DNA from: Candidatus Muproteobacteria bacterium RIFCSPHIGHO2_12_FULL_60_33
GTDB lineage: Bacteria; Pseudomonadota; Gammaproteobacteria; Acidiferrobacterales; Sulfurifustaceae
NCBI GenBank assembly: GCA_001785195.1
Contig: MFTB01000014.1
Coordinates: 1-61,338 of the forward strand
Length of the DNA stretch: 61,338 nucleotides
Direction of reading: 5' to 3'
The position numbers and the translations under genes were made by a program. Below, one piece after another: positions 10,021 through 20,248 of the stretch; the stretch's first letter is position 1, and each line of letters opens with the position of its first letter. The notes under the pieces are model-generated. The model was not told the DNA's origin and made no database searches. It saw nothing but the letters and a program-made list of their open reading frames with translations.

Positions 10021-10232
10021 ATGCATTCCCCCCTCGGGCCACGAGTATTTGATTCTCTGCATAGTTTATCGAGGCTTTCCCGAATCCGCTCATCATCAAG
10101 AAACTTACGCGCTTCCTTCCATCCTTCGCCTCGGAGTTGTAACTCAATTGCAAGCCAACCAGAGTACTGGCCACTGCGGGCATACTTTTCAGCTTTATGC
10201 AAAATAAGTTCGTGCTTTTGTGCTTTCTTCAT
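10017..10232 (-). CDS. Small hypothetical protein
   Basis: 71 aa charged helical protein, coupled to the next ORF. Confidence 0.55.
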   Translation of the reverse strand: MKKAQKHELILHKAEKYARSGQYSGWLAIELQLRGEGWKEARKFLDDERIRESLDKLCRESNTRGPRGECI

Positions 10233-10333
10233 TTTCAATTTCAATTGAATCGTTTAATGGCAACGCAATATTCGACTTTTTCTCCAAACCCCGCGAGTGT
10301 TACAACGAAGTTCTGTGAAAAAATATGAAACCG

Positions 10334-10897
10334 TCAGATAATGGGCTTCGGCACCATACCTTTCTTTTCCAGACTCTCAAATAATTCAGCATCGACACTC
10401 TCAGTTTCATTTACCCATACTTCTGGTAGCGGATCAATGATACAGAACCAACGCCGGTCTTCAGGCTTGTCATGTAACAGTGCCCAAGGGTGACCGAATA
10501 GGGGCGATCTGTCCGCTAACTTCGCCAAGATGCTTTTGTTCATAACAAAAAGCCAAGAAAGATGTGTAGGTACCCTACGATTAACTGAATACCAAGCAAA
10601 TCGCAATTCACGCGTATCGCCCTTCGTGCTCATCAGATGCCCCGCAAGCTTATACTCGCGATCAAGCGCAATCAGTGCCCACGGGATTTCTCTCCACGAG
10701 TTCACAATCCTCTCGATGGCGCCCCAGTAATCACCAGTGTGCTGGCATGACCGCGCTATATCGTTTACCGCATCTTCCGCCTCTTCTGGTACTGCGAGCA
10801 AGTAACCGCAGCTTTCTCGTGCCCGCTCGACGCCGTGGCCATCAAGGGTCACCATTTCCATTGGTCCGATAACATTCATCTCGCAACAGAACCCCAT
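10334..10897 (-). CDS. Hypothetical protein (AT-rich island)
   Basis: 187 aa; GGGAG RBS; ATG 1 nt after the upstream stop. Confidence 0.6.
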   Translation of the reverse strand: MGFCCEMNVIGPMEMVTLDGHGVERARESCGYLLAVPEEAEDAVNDIARSCQHTGDYWGAIERIVNSWREIPWALIALDREYKLAGHLMSTKGDTRELRFAWYSVNRRVPTHLSWLFVMNKSILAKLADRSPLFGHPWALLHDKPEDRRWFCIIDPLPEVWVNETESVDAELFESLEKKGMVPKPII

Positions 10898-10898
10898 G

Positions 10899-11639
10899 TT
10901 ATTTTCTCCCGCCCATCTGCTCAGCATTAGGCTCGCCATCCGCTATGAGGTCATTCAAACTCATGGCCGACGTTGACTCGGCTTTTTCTTGTATCTTACG
11001 CGCAAGATCTCTGACTTGGGGATTTGCTAGTACTTTATTCCTTTTCTCTGGCGGAAGACTTATTAACGTGCTCTGCGCGTCTCCAAAACTCCATCCCTTT
11101 AAACACGCAAGTGCCTCAACCATACATGCCCACCTGAATTCATCGTCGAATTTTTTGAGCTCTCGAATCTTCTCTCTAACTTTCAGGTTGCAGATAATCT
11201 GCGCGCGTTCTGTCTCCCTATACGCCATAAAACTAAGAAATAAATCCAATTCATCGCTGCTTTTGATTTCTGCCAAAGCACGAATCTCCGGAATCCGTCT
11301 TACGAGCACTCTCAGCCTTTCATGTACGCTCATCTTAAGCTGATCATGACCTCTTCCAAGGGAGCACCCCTCTGCATCCACAGCCTCGATCAATCTGCAT
11401 GAGAAATAGAGCCCTTCCAGTTCTGCCATTTCTTGATTCACTATTGATTCGATCTCACCGCGAAAGACGCGCAACCCTGTAGCAAACAGATTCACATACG
11501 GTAAATAATTCGGAGGTGTCTCTCTGATAAATTCACTAAGAACCGAAAGAAATTCTTCGGCATGATAAAATCTCAGGTCGTAGTTCTGTGTAACCTGAAA
11601 CGCTTCGAGATGTTTACGCGCTTCTTCAAGCTTTGACAT
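10899..11639 (-). CDS. Hypothetical protein (AT-rich island)
   Basis: 246 aa, strong AAAGGAGG RBS. Confidence 0.7.
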   Translation of the reverse strand: MSKLEEARKHLEAFQVTQNYDLRFYHAEEFLSVLSEFIRETPPNYLPYVNLFATGLRVFRGEIESIVNQEMAELEGLYFSCRLIEAVDAEGCSLGRGHDQLKMSVHERLRVLVRRIPEIRALAEIKSSDELDLFLSFMAYRETERAQIICNLKVREKIRELKKFDDEFRWACMVEALACLKGWSFGDAQSTLISLPPEKRNKVLANPQVRDLARKIQEKAESTSAMSLNDLIADGEPNAEQMGGRK

Positions 11640-11755
11640 TGGTCGCCTCCTTTATGAAAAGATGCGACATCAAACCTACGCTTGCCCATGAGCGTACGCA
11701 ATAGCGTATGTGGCGAAAGCATCCACATTGGAGCAATTTGTGTCCATTGATATTT

Positions 11756-11916
11756 CCAGTGGGATTCCATTTCATATGAACAGCATTGTCCACATGGGAT
11801 TATCTTCCAATTGGAAGGTCTTCCCATATGGAATGGTTCTCCATATGGGGAACCAGCCCACACAAATTCGTTAATTTGTGTCTATTCGCTTCCCATATGA
11901 GCAGCCCACACAATTG
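11756..11916. repeat. 17-bp-periodic array of CANNTG-centred boxes
   Basis: CANNTG at 11773, 11791, 11808, 11825, 11842, 11894, 11911. Confidence 0.6.
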
Positions 11917-11945
11917 GTAGCTGTGGACAGCTTCCTAAGAGGTGT

Positions 11946-12170
11946 TTTGTGCACCCGTCGTCACGAGCCGAGCACCGAGCCAGGCCGGGAGTAGTCGCGA
12001 GACTTTTGATTGAGCCCGAGGCGCGTTGTGTGCGCCCGGCCGCAGCGAGGCGCGCATGGAACCGCGCGGTGTGTGCGCGGTGAGCGACCCGGGCGTGCTT
12101 TCTTTCGGTTACCTTTCTTTGCACGAGCAAAGAAAGGTAACCCAGGGCGCAGGGGTGGAGCCACCCGCAA
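11946..12170. repeat. GC-rich structured repeat-like element at the island border
   Basis: Perfect 16-bp stem GGTTACCTTTCTTTGC-acga-GCAAAGAAAGGTAACC (12107-12142) plus smaller hairpins. Confidence 0.6.
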
Positions 12171-12184
12171 TTAGCTTTTAAAGA

Positions 12185-12211
12185 CAAAAGCCGCCTGTTA
12201 GGCGGCTTTTG
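12185..12211. terminator. Bidirectional intrinsic terminator downstream of parC
   Basis: CAAAAGCCGCCT-gtt-AGGCGGCTTTTG. Confidence 0.8.
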
Positions 12212-12226
12212 ATCATTTACATCCTA

Positions 12227-12250
12227 GATTCCGGCTTCCGCCGGAATGAC
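12227..12250. repeat. REP-like palindrome (ATTCC...GGAATGAC type)
   Basis: GATTCCGGC-ttcc-GCCGGAATGAC. Confidence 0.55.
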
Positions 12251-12285
12251 GAACAAAATGTACTCCGCTTTCGCGGCGTTTATGT

Positions 12286-14604
12286 TTACTCCTTCACTTC
12301 AATTCCCTGTACTTCCTGATATCCCTTGGGCAATCTCGAACCGCGCTGGGCGCGTTCGCCTTCGTAGAGTTCGATCTCCTCGCGCGAAACGGTGAGATCA
12401 CCCTTGCCGGTATGAACCACGAGCGGCTGGCCTTCGCTGAAAACAACCACACCGGCGATGGCCTCCTCGCTCTTGGCGAATTTCGCCGTGGGAACATTCA
12501 ATATCTTGTTGCCCTTGCCCTTCGGCATCTGTGGCAGGTTCTTCACCTTGAACACCAACATCTGGCCGGTGGTCGTGGCCGCCGCGAGGTAATCCTTTTT
12601 AATATCGGCCACGATCTGCGGCATGAGTACTTTCGCGCCCTTCGTCGCCTTGAGCACGGCCTTGCCGGCCTTCTTGTTCGAGACCAGGTCTTCGAACTTG
12701 GCGACAAAACCATAACCCGCGTCGGTCACCAGCAGATACAAATCTTCCGGTTGGCCCATCATCGCGCCGGCCCAGGTGGCGCCTGCCGGTGGATTGAAAC
12801 TGGAACTCAAGGGCTCGCCGTGACCGCGTGCCGACGGCAGCTTGTGCGCCGGCAGCGCATAGGTGCGGCCGGTGGAATCGAGGAACACCGCGAGCTGGTT
12901 GCTCTTGCCGCGCGCGGCCTGATGGAATTTGTCGCCGGCCTTGTAATCGAGCATTTTGGGATCCATCTCATGCCCTTTGGCGGCGCGCACCCAACCCTTC
13001 TCGGAAAGAATCACGGTAATCGGTTCAATCGGCAACAACACGGTCTGGTCGATCTGCTGCGCGGCCTCGCGTTCAACCAGCGGCGAACGGCGCGCGTCGC
13101 CGAATTCCTTGGCGTCCTCGATGATTTCATCTCGTACCAATTGCTTCAGCAAGCGCGCGGACTTGAGGATTTTTTCCAGGTGATTGCGCTCGCGCGTAAG
13201 CTCATCCTGCTCACCGCGGATTTTCATCTCTTCGAGCTTGGCCAGGTGCCGCAACTTGGTTTCGAGAATCGCCTCCGCCTGTATTTCGGTCAGCTTGAAA
13301 CGCTTCATGAGTTTGGGCTGCGGCTCTTCCTCGTTACGGATAATACGGATAACCTCGTCCAGATTCAGGAACGCGATCAGCAGGCCATCGAGGATGTGCA
13401 GGCGCGCTTCCACGCGCTCGAAACGATGCGTGAGCCGCCGGCGCACGGTTTCGATGCGGAACTTGATCCACTCGTTCAGCAGGTCCTTGAGGTTATAAAC
13501 GCGCGGCCGGCCGGCGAGGCCGATCATGTTCAGGTTTACGCGGTAGGTTCGCTCGAGATCGGTGGTGGCGAACAGATGTGACATCAGTTCCACGGGGTCC
13601 ACGCGATTGGAGCGTGGCACGATCACGAGGCGCGTCGGATTCTCGTGGTCGGATTCGTCGCGCAGGTCCTCGACCATGGGCAGCTTCTTCAGCTGCATCT
13701 GCTGCGCGATCTGCTCGATCACCTTCGAACCGGACACCTGGTAAGGCAGCGCTGTAATCACGATATCGCTGTCTTCCCGCTCCCATTTGGCCCTGGCCCG
13801 GATCGAGCCGTTACCGGTTTCGTACATCGCGCGGATTTCGCTCTTCGGCGTGATAATCTCGGCCTCGGTGGGATAGTCCGGGCCCTTGATATGCTTGCAC
13901 AGGTCCTTGATGCCGGCGTCCGGTTCCTCGAGCAGGTGCACGCAGGCGGCGGCGACCTCGCGCACGTTGTGCGGCGGGATGTCGGTCGCCATGCCGACCG
14001 CGATGCCGGTGGTGCCGTTCAGCAGCACGTGCGGCAGGCGCGCGGGCATGATCCGCGGTTCCTGCAGCGTGCCGTCGAAGTTGGGCGTCCAATCGACCGT
14101 GCCGTGTTCGAGCTCGGACAACAGGATCTGCGCAAAGCGCGTAAGCCGCGACTCGGTATAACGCATGGCGGCAAACGACTTGGGATCGTCGGGCGAGCCC
14201 CAATTGCCCTGGCCGTCGATCAGCGGATAACGGTAGCTGAACGGCTGCGCCATGAGCACCATGGCCTCGTAACAGGCGGTGTCGCCGTGCGGATGGAACT
14301 TGCCGAGCACGTCGCCCACGGTGCGCGCCGATTTCTTATGCTTGGCGGCGGCGTTGAGGCCCAGTTCCGACATCGCGTAGATGATGCGCCGCTGCACGGG
14401 CTTGAGGCCGTCACAGATGTTCGGCAGCGCGCGGTCGAGAATGACATACATGGAATAATCCAGGTACGCCTTTTCGGTGAAGACCGCGAGCGGCAGGCGC
14501 TCGATCGAGGCCGCGCGTGGACGCGCGATCGGTTGCGCCTTGCCGCGCGCAACCGTGGGCTTCTTGCCCGTGCCGTTTTCCTTGCCGGTGGATTTCTTCG
14601 CCAT
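12286..14604 (-). CDS. parC: DNA topoisomerase IV subunit A
   Basis: [24 protein letters not shown] catalytic Tyr, beta-pinwheel C-terminus. Confidence 0.97.
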   Translation of the reverse strand: MAKKSTGKENGTGKKPTVARGKAQPIARPRAASIERLPLAVFTEKAYLDYSMYVILDRALPNICDGLKPVQRRIIYAMSELGLNAAAKHKKSARTVGDVLGKFHPHGDTACYEAMVLMAQPFSYRYPLIDGQGNWGSPDDPKSFAAMRYTESRLTRFAQILLSELEHGTVDWTPNFDGTLQEPRIMPARLPHVLLNGTTGIAVGMATDIPPHNVREVAAACVHLLEEPDAGIKDLCKHIKGPDYPTEAEIITPKSEIRAMYETGNGSIRARAKWEREDSDIVITALPYQVSGSKVIEQIAQQMQLKKLPMVEDLRDESDHENPTRLVIVPRSNRVDPVELMSHLFATTDLERTYRVNLNMIGLAGRPRVYNLKDLLNEWIKFRIETVRRRLTHRFERVEARLHILDGLLIAFLNLDEVIRIIRNEEEPQPKLMKRFKLTEIQAEAILETKLRHLAKLEEMKIRGEQDELTRERNHLEKILKSARLLKQLVRDEIIEDAKEFGDARRSPLVEREAAQQIDQTVLLPIEPITVILSEKGWVRAAKGHEMDPKMLDYKAGDKFHQAARGKSNQLAVFLDSTGRTYALPAHKLPSARGHGEPLSSSFNPPAGATWAGAMMGQPEDLYLLVTDAGYGFVAKFEDLVSNKKAGKAVLKATKGAKVLMPQIVADIKKDYLAAATTTGQMLVFKVKNLPQMPKGKGNKILNVPTAKFAKSEEAIAGVVVFSEGQPLVVHTGKGDLTVSREEIELYEGERAQRGSRLPKGYQEVQGIEVKE

Positions 14605-15041
14605 CAGCGTTTCGCTTCGGCGATTCGTTTTAACGCCAGATTCATCAGGGTAAAGGACTTGTGTGTTTTTTCGGTAATAAAAGGTGTTATCAGCGACGCG
14701 AGCACACCGGAGAAGTGCTCGCGCTGGATGAAGCGGACGCCTTTGATGCCGTTCGGCACGATGAAAAACGCCTGTTCGCGATCAAACACGCCTTCGATCA
14801 AGCGCCGGCGGCGCCAACGCAGTTCAGAGGCAGGGATAACCTTCACGACGAGTGGCGAAAATTTATATTCACGACCTTGTGGAAGGCGCGCCTGGATCTT
14901 CAGACGCTGGCCTGGCGACAGGCTCCCATGGATGGAAACAAGGAAAGGGTTCCATCGCGGGTACTCGGGGAAATATGTCAAAACGCGCCACACCATTTCG
15001 GCCGAGGCGGCGATGTCAACGGCGGTCTTGATGGTCGGCAC
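14604..15041 (-). CDS. SRPBCC/polyketide cyclase family protein
   Basis: [29 protein letters not shown]; 1-nt overlaps with both parE and parC. Confidence 0.8.
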   Translation of the reverse strand: MPTIKTAVDIAASAEMVWRVLTYFPEYPRWNPFLVSIHGSLSPGQRLKIQARLPQGREYKFSPLVVKVIPASELRWRRRRLIEGVFDREQAFFIVPNGIKGVRFIQREHFSGVLASLITPFITEKTHKSFTLMNLALKRIAEAKR

Positions 15042-16933
15042 TAGATGACCTCCGCCTTGTCGCCATTCTTCTCGAGCCAGTTCTTGCGGTCGGACGCGCG
15101 CTTCTTGGCCAGCAGCATGTCGAGAATCTTGCCGGTGTTGTCACCGGCCTTGATTTCAAGCTGCACCAGCCGGCGCGTCCTGGGGTCCATGGTGGTTTCG
15201 CGCAGCTGGCCGGGATTCATCTCGCCCAGGCCCTTGAAGCGCGTGACCATCGGCTTGGCGCGTGAGCCGTTCAATTCGATACGTTTGAGGATTCCCGTTT
15301 TCTCCTCGTCGTCGAGCGCGTAATGGATTTCCTTGCCCGCGTCGATGCGGTACAGCGGCGGCATGGCGACGCACACGCGGCCGTCCGCCACCAGCGGCCG
15401 GAAGTGGCGCACGAAGAGCGCACACAAGAGCGTGGCGATGTGCGCGCCGTCGGAATCGGCATCGGCAAGGATGCAGACCTTGCCGTAACGCAGCCCCTCG
15501 AGATTGTTCGAGCCCGGGTCCACGCCCAGGGCCACGGCAATGTCGTGGACTTCCTGCGAACCCAACACCTCGGCGGGATCGACTTCCCACGTATTCAGGA
15601 TCTTGCCGCGCAGTGGCATGATGGCCTGAAATTCGCGGTCGCGCGCCTGTTTGGCCGAACCGCCGGCGGAATCGCCCTCCACCAGAAATAACTCGGTGCG
15701 CGACAGATCCTGGGCCACGCAATCCGCGAGCTTGCCGGGCAGCGCCGGGCCGGTGCCGATTTTCTTGCGTGCGATCTTTTTATCGGCGCGTTGTCGCTCC
15801 TGGGCGGATTCGATCGCCAAGGCCGCGATTTTTTCGGCGTCGGCCACATGGTGGTTGAGCCACAGGCTGAAGGCGTCCTTGGTCACGCCCTGCACGAAGC
15901 TGGCGGCCTCGCGCGAGGTCAACCGCTCCTTGGTCTGTCCCGTGAACTGCGGGTCGCGCATCTTGAGCGAGAAAACATAGCTCGACTTGCCCCAAATGTC
16001 CTCGGGCGCGAGCTTCACCCCGCGCGGCAGCAGATCGCGGAACTCGCAGAATTCGCGCATGGCATCGGTCAGGCCGGCGCGGAAACCGTTGATATGCGTG
16101 CCGTCCTGCGTGGTCGGGATGAGATTGACATAGCTCTCCATGATCGGCTCGCCGCCCGCCGGCAGCCACACGATGGCCCAGTCCACCTCGCCGTCATCGC
16201 CCTTATGGTGACCGACAAAGGGTTCGGCGGGCAGGTATTCCCAACCCTCGAGCTGCGTTTTCAGATAATCCTTGAGGCCGTCTTCGTAATGCCACTCTTC
16301 GTTGTCCCTGGCGTCGGCTTCGTGGGTGAAGCTGATGTACAGGCCCGGGCACAGCACCGCCTTCGCGCGCAATACATGCTTCAGGCGCGGGACGTGGAAT
16401 TTCACCGTGTCGAAAAACTGGGAATCGGGCCAGAAACGGATGATGCTGCCGGTGACGTTTTTTTCCGCCTTTCCGACCGCTTTTAATTCGGAGGTCTTCT
16501 GCCCATCGGCGTAGGACATGCGATATTCCTTGCCATCGCGCCGCACGGTGACTTCCAGCTTGTGCGAGAGCGCGTTGACCACCGACACGCCGACGCCGTG
16601 CAGGCCACCAGAATAGGTGTAATTCTTGTTCGAGAATTTTGCGCCCGCGTGCAGGCGCGTGAGAATCACCTCGACGCCCGACACACCCTCCTCCTTGTGC
16701 TTGTCCACCGGCATGCCACGGCCGTTGTCCGCGACAGACAGTGAACTGTCCGCATGCAGCGTGACGTCGATGGCGCTGCAATGTCCGGCGATGGCTTCGT
16801 CCACGCTGTTGTCGACCACTTCCTGCGCGAGATGATTGGGACGCTCCGTCTGGGTGTACATGCCCGGGCGGCGGCGCACCGGCTCGAGGCCGGTCAGGAC
16901 TTCAATCGCGGAGGAATCGTAGGCAGCGCTCAT
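15041..16933 (-). CDS. parE: DNA topoisomerase IV subunit B
   Basis: EVVDNSVDE, GGLHGVGVSVVN, VEGDSAGGSAKQ, PLRGKILN, RFKGLGEM. Confidence 0.97.
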   Translation of the reverse strand: MSAAYDSSAIEVLTGLEPVRRRPGMYTQTERPNHLAQEVVDNSVDEAIAGHCSAIDVTLHADSSLSVADNGRGMPVDKHKEEGVSGVEVILTRLHAGAKFSNKNYTYSGGLHGVGVSVVNALSHKLEVTVRRDGKEYRMSYADGQKTSELKAVGKAEKNVTGSIIRFWPDSQFFDTVKFHVPRLKHVLRAKAVLCPGLYISFTHEADARDNEEWHYEDGLKDYLKTQLEGWEYLPAEPFVGHHKGDDGEVDWAIVWLPAGGEPIMESYVNLIPTTQDGTHINGFRAGLTDAMREFCEFRDLLPRGVKLAPEDIWGKSSYVFSLKMRDPQFTGQTKERLTSREAASFVQGVTKDAFSLWLNHHVADAEKIAALAIESAQERQRADKKIARKKIGTGPALPGKLADCVAQDLSRTELFLVEGDSAGGSAKQARDREFQAIMPLRGKILNTWEVDPAEVLGSQEVHDIAVALGVDPGSNNLEGLRYGKVCILADADSDGAHIATLLCALFVRHFRPLVADGRVCVAMPPLYRIDAGKEIHYALDDEEKTGILKRIELNGSRAKPMVTRFKGLGEMNPGQLRETTMDPRTRRLVQLEIKAGDNTGKILDMLLAKKRASDRKNWLEKNGDKAEVI

Positions 16934-16974
16934 GAGCGATCAGGGAGATATCAAATAAATGAAGTTTATCAGGG

Positions 16975-17580
16975 TTACTGCGTCAATAGCCGCACAAGTT
17001 CTTCGGGCGCCCGGGCGGAGGCATGCGTGTCGCAGATATAATGACGGTAGAGATGATAACGGAAAGCGTTCATCGCGGGCTGCGGGATTCTTTGCCACGC
17101 CGCCTCTTTGGCCGGCGTGAAAACATGTTCCGGGCTTCCCATGGCATAGGTCTTGTATTCCCGGGTTTCGCAGCGCAGACCGTCGTAGAAAACACTGCGC
17201 GCACCGGAGGGGCTTTCCACCACGAGTGAAAACCGGGCAACGCGATCGACACCGCGCGAGAGCGATTGGCGGTCAATATAGATTTTGAGGGTGTCGGTCG
17301 CCAGCAAGGGCACCGCGAGGAGATCCTGGTCCTTCGGATAAGGCGGGATGGTTACCTTGCCTTCCTTCCACTTCTCCACCAGGCTTTCGTCGAAATCGAA
17401 ATATTCCGGTTCGGTTCCGTACCGATCGCGCTTGGCGTGGAGTGGATAAACGACGGCGGACAACGCCAGGGACAGCAGCAGGCGAGCGAAGAAAAATCTT
17501 TTTCCCCCGATACACCAGACAATAAAACGAGTCGCTCCTTGCATCGGGCGAGCAGTATACAGCAGATGCGCGTCGTGCAC
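16975..17580 (-). CDS. CNP1-like family exported protein
   Basis: WKEGKVTIPPYP, DGLRCETREYKTYA, C-terminal Cys; start may be downstream. Confidence 0.75.
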   Translation of the reverse strand: MHDAHLLYTARPMQGATRFIVWCIGGKRFFFARLLLSLALSAVVYPLHAKRDRYGTEPEYFDFDESLVEKWKEGKVTIPPYPKDQDLLAVPLLATDTLKIYIDRQSLSRGVDRVARFSLVVESPSGARSVFYDGLRCETREYKTYAMGSPEHVFTPAKEAAWQRIPQPAMNAFRYHLYRHYICDTHASARAPEELVRLLTQ

Positions 17581-17639
17581 GAGGAATCACCCCGCGTGAT
17601 TATCTCGTCGCGGTTGACAGCGCACGCGAATGATATTCG

Positions 17640-18227
17640 TCAGTCCGACAGGTCCTGCGCCAGGGAGTCGCGCGTCGCCGCCGGAACGGGATCGACCTGA
17701 TGGGTATAGGCCGGGTGATCAATACCCATCGCCACCGCGGCGCCTCGTTTGACCGCCCTCACCATGTCGGGTGTCAGCTCGAAGCGCAGAAAATGGACGG
17801 AGGAGGTTTTTTCATCGTCTTCGCGCTCCAGATCCTCGTCCGCGTGCGGCCGCACCGGATCGAAGCCCGCCACACGCGCCCACACCTTGTTTTCCACGCC
17901 CTTCAGGCGCTTCAGGGCCACGCGGCGTTCCTCGACATCCGGGAACTCGGCCATGAAAGTCGCCTTCCAGTTATGGCCGTCCGGGATGAGGGGGTTATAT
18001 GTCGCCAGTTCGTCATTGATGCCTTCCGCTTCGAAAATACGCTCGATGCGCAGCATTTCCTGAACCTGGTACTGCATGGTCATCCGGTCCTCGAAATAGA
18101 GCGTGGCATTCGGACCGATGGCCACCTTGCGATTCTGCTTGTGCGCCATGACCTGAGCGCGGAATCCGGGGCGAACCTCGGCGTATTTTTCAAGCGGGTA
18201 AAGATCGTCGCGGGTCAGCTTCTTCAT
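17640..18227 (-). CDS. DUF3501 family protein
   Basis: FEDRMTMQYQVQEMLRIER, YNPLIP, SSVHFLRFEL; follows the Fe-S oxidoreductase. Confidence 0.88.
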   Translation of the reverse strand: MKKLTRDDLYPLEKYAEVRPGFRAQVMAHKQNRKVAIGPNATLYFEDRMTMQYQVQEMLRIERIFEAEGINDELATYNPLIPDGHNWKATFMAEFPDVEERRVALKRLKGVENKVWARVAGFDPVRPHADEDLEREDDEKTSSVHFLRFELTPDMVRAVKRGAAVAMGIDHPAYTHQVDPVPAATRDSLAQDLSD

Positions 18228-18277
18228 GGGGAACCCTCTCGCTCACGGAAGTCTGTAAATTCATTGCATCGCCTCAC

Positions 18278-19624
18278 TTAAATAGCATAGGCCTGCCGCA
18301 GGAGCGACATCGGATGCTCCGGCTTCATGCCGCCCTGTAATCCGTTCTCGATCTGATGTCCGGCCATGGGGCAATCGCTGGAATAATGATCCGGTTTTGC
18401 CTGCTCGACCCGGCTGACCACGGGTTTGCAGATCTTCATCGAAATCTTGTGAAACTCGCTTTTCACCGCGTAGGTTCCGTCATGGCCGGAACAACGTTCG
18501 ATGGTATCAATCTTGGTATTGGGAACAAGACTCAGCGCCTCGCGGGTCTTGAGACCGATGTTCTGTACGCGCAGATGACACGGCACATGATAAGACACGG
18601 AGCCCAAGTCTTTCTTGAAGTCGGTTTTCAGTTTTCCTTCTTTATGCCGCAACATCAGATATTCGAACGGATCGAAAATGGCCTGCTTGACCTTGGCGAC
18701 ATCGGGATCGTCGGGAAACATGAGCGGCAGTTCCTGCTTGAACATCAACACACAGGACGGGACCGGCGCGACAATGTCCCAACCCTCATCCACGAGTTTC
18801 GCCAGTACCGGGATATTGGCTTCCTTGGCGCGCGCCACGGCCTCAAGATCACCCAGCTCGAGTTTGGGCATGCCGCAGCAACGCTCTTTCTCGGCCAACG
18901 CCACGGGAATACCGTTGTGTTCGAAAACGGCAATCAGGTCTTCGCCGACATGCGGTTCATTGTAGTTACCGTAACATGTGGCAAACAACGCGACCTTGCC
19001 GCGCGTGCGCCCGGCCGGTACGGCAACCAGGCCATCGCCATTCCGGTTCTTCATGCGCTTGCGCAAGGTATTGCTGTGATACTCCGGCAATACCGCCTCC
19101 GGGTGCACGCCCAACACCTTGTCCAGCATCTTGCGCATGGCTTTGGTCCGGTTCGCGGCATTCACCGCCTGCACCACCACCGGGATACCGGCCAGTTTGC
19201 CAACCATGTCGGTATTGGTAAGCAGCTTGTCACGCTTCTTGACATCGCCTTTTCTGAACTTCACCGCCTTGGCGCGCAGCATCAGGTGCGGAAAATCCAC
19301 GTTCCATTCATGCGGCGGCACATACGGGCATTTGGTCATGAAACACAGATCGCAGAGATAACAGTGATCAACGACCCGCCAATAATCCTCCTTCTTGACC
19401 CCGTCCATTTCCAGTGTCGGTGAATTGTCGATGAGATCGAATAATGAGGGAAAAGCGTTACACAGGCTGACGCAACGGCGACAGCCGTGGCATATGTCGA
19501 AGACGCGCCCGAGCTCTTTCATGAGCGCCTCTTCCTTGTAAAACCCGGGATCGCGCCACGCCAGGGGGTGGCGCGTCGGGGCCTGGAGACTGCCTTCGCG
19601 TCGACCTTCAGTCGGTTGGCTCAT
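18278..19624 (-). CDS. Rubrerythrin-associated Fe-S oxidoreductase (GlpC/CCG-domain)
   Basis: CHGCRRCVSLC, CYLCDLCFMTKC, CCGMP and CSGHDG motifs. Confidence 0.88.
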   Translation of the reverse strand: MSQPTEGRREGSLQAPTRHPLAWRDPGFYKEEALMKELGRVFDICHGCRRCVSLCNAFPSLFDLIDNSPTLEMDGVKKEDYWRVVDHCYLCDLCFMTKCPYVPPHEWNVDFPHLMLRAKAVKFRKGDVKKRDKLLTNTDMVGKLAGIPVVVQAVNAANRTKAMRKMLDKVLGVHPEAVLPEYHSNTLRKRMKNRNGDGLVAVPAGRTRGKVALFATCYGNYNEPHVGEDLIAVFEHNGIPVALAEKERCCGMPKLELGDLEAVARAKEANIPVLAKLVDEGWDIVAPVPSCVLMFKQELPLMFPDDPDVAKVKQAIFDPFEYLMLRHKEGKLKTDFKKDLGSVSYHVPCHLRVQNIGLKTREALSLVPNTKIDTIERCSGHDGTYAVKSEFHKISMKICKPVVSRVEQAKPDHYSSDCPMAGHQIENGLQGGMKPEHPMSLLRQAYAI

Positions 19625-19711
19625 GATTGAATCTGCGTGATGATATATTTCAGAAAACCTTCCTCTTTACGGCCACGGACAGATTTGCCCGCAATCAAAG
19701 GCGGCCACGGG

Positions 19712-19745
19712 GAACGCTGGGGCCGGACGCCCGGCCCCAGCGTTC
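19712..19745. other. 15-bp perfect hairpin after rubrerythrin
   Basis: GAACGCTGGGGCCGG-acgc-CCGGCCCCAGCGTTC, no U-tract on the coding strand. Confidence 0.7.
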
Positions 19746-19756
19746 AAGGCTTGGGC

Positions 19757-20179
19757 TTACTTGCCGAGGGTGTCGAGGGCCTTTTGGAACCGATTGGCGT
19801 GCGAACGCTCGGCCTTGGCTAGCGTCTCAAACCAGTCGGCGATTTCGGCAAAGCCTTCGTTGCGCGCGGCCTTGGCCATGCCCGGATACATGTCGGTGTA
19901 TTCGTGGGTTTCACCGGCAATGGCGGCCTTCAGGTTGTCCGAGGTTGGCCCGATCGGCAGACCCGTGGCCGGATCGCCGCATTGCTCGAGATATTCCAGG
20001 TGCCCGTGCGCATGGCCGGTCTCACCTTCCGCGGTAGAACGAAACACCGCCGACACGTCGTTGTAGCCCTCCACGTCCGCCTTGGCGGCGAAATACAGGT
20101 AGCGGCGGTTGGCTTGGGATTCACCGGCAAAGGCATCCTTCAGGTTGGCTTCGGTCTTGCTTCCTTTGAGTTTCGTCAT
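19757..20179 (-). CDS. rbr: Rubrerythrin (short, no rubredoxin domain)
   Basis: [31 protein letters not shown] diiron ligands. Confidence 0.93.
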   Translation of the reverse strand: MTKLKGSKTEANLKDAFAGESQANRRYLYFAAKADVEGYNDVSAVFRSTAEGETGHAHGHLEYLEQCGDPATGLPIGPTSDNLKAAIAGETHEYTDMYPGMAKAARNEGFAEIADWFETLAKAERSHANRFQKALDTLGK

Positions 20180-20248
20180 GGTCAGCTCCTCGTCATTTAG
20201 TTCGTTATAACATTATGAATTTAAAAGTGAAATAAATCGATACGATCT

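Noticed and set aside
9400-11940. Integron cassette array or prophage
   Set aside because: No integrase, no recognisable attC sites between the ORFs and no phage genes.
11573-12187. ORFs 11573-11863, 11882-12187 and 11961-12170
   Set aside because: They run over the palindrome array and the repeat element, with no RBS or protein-like composition.
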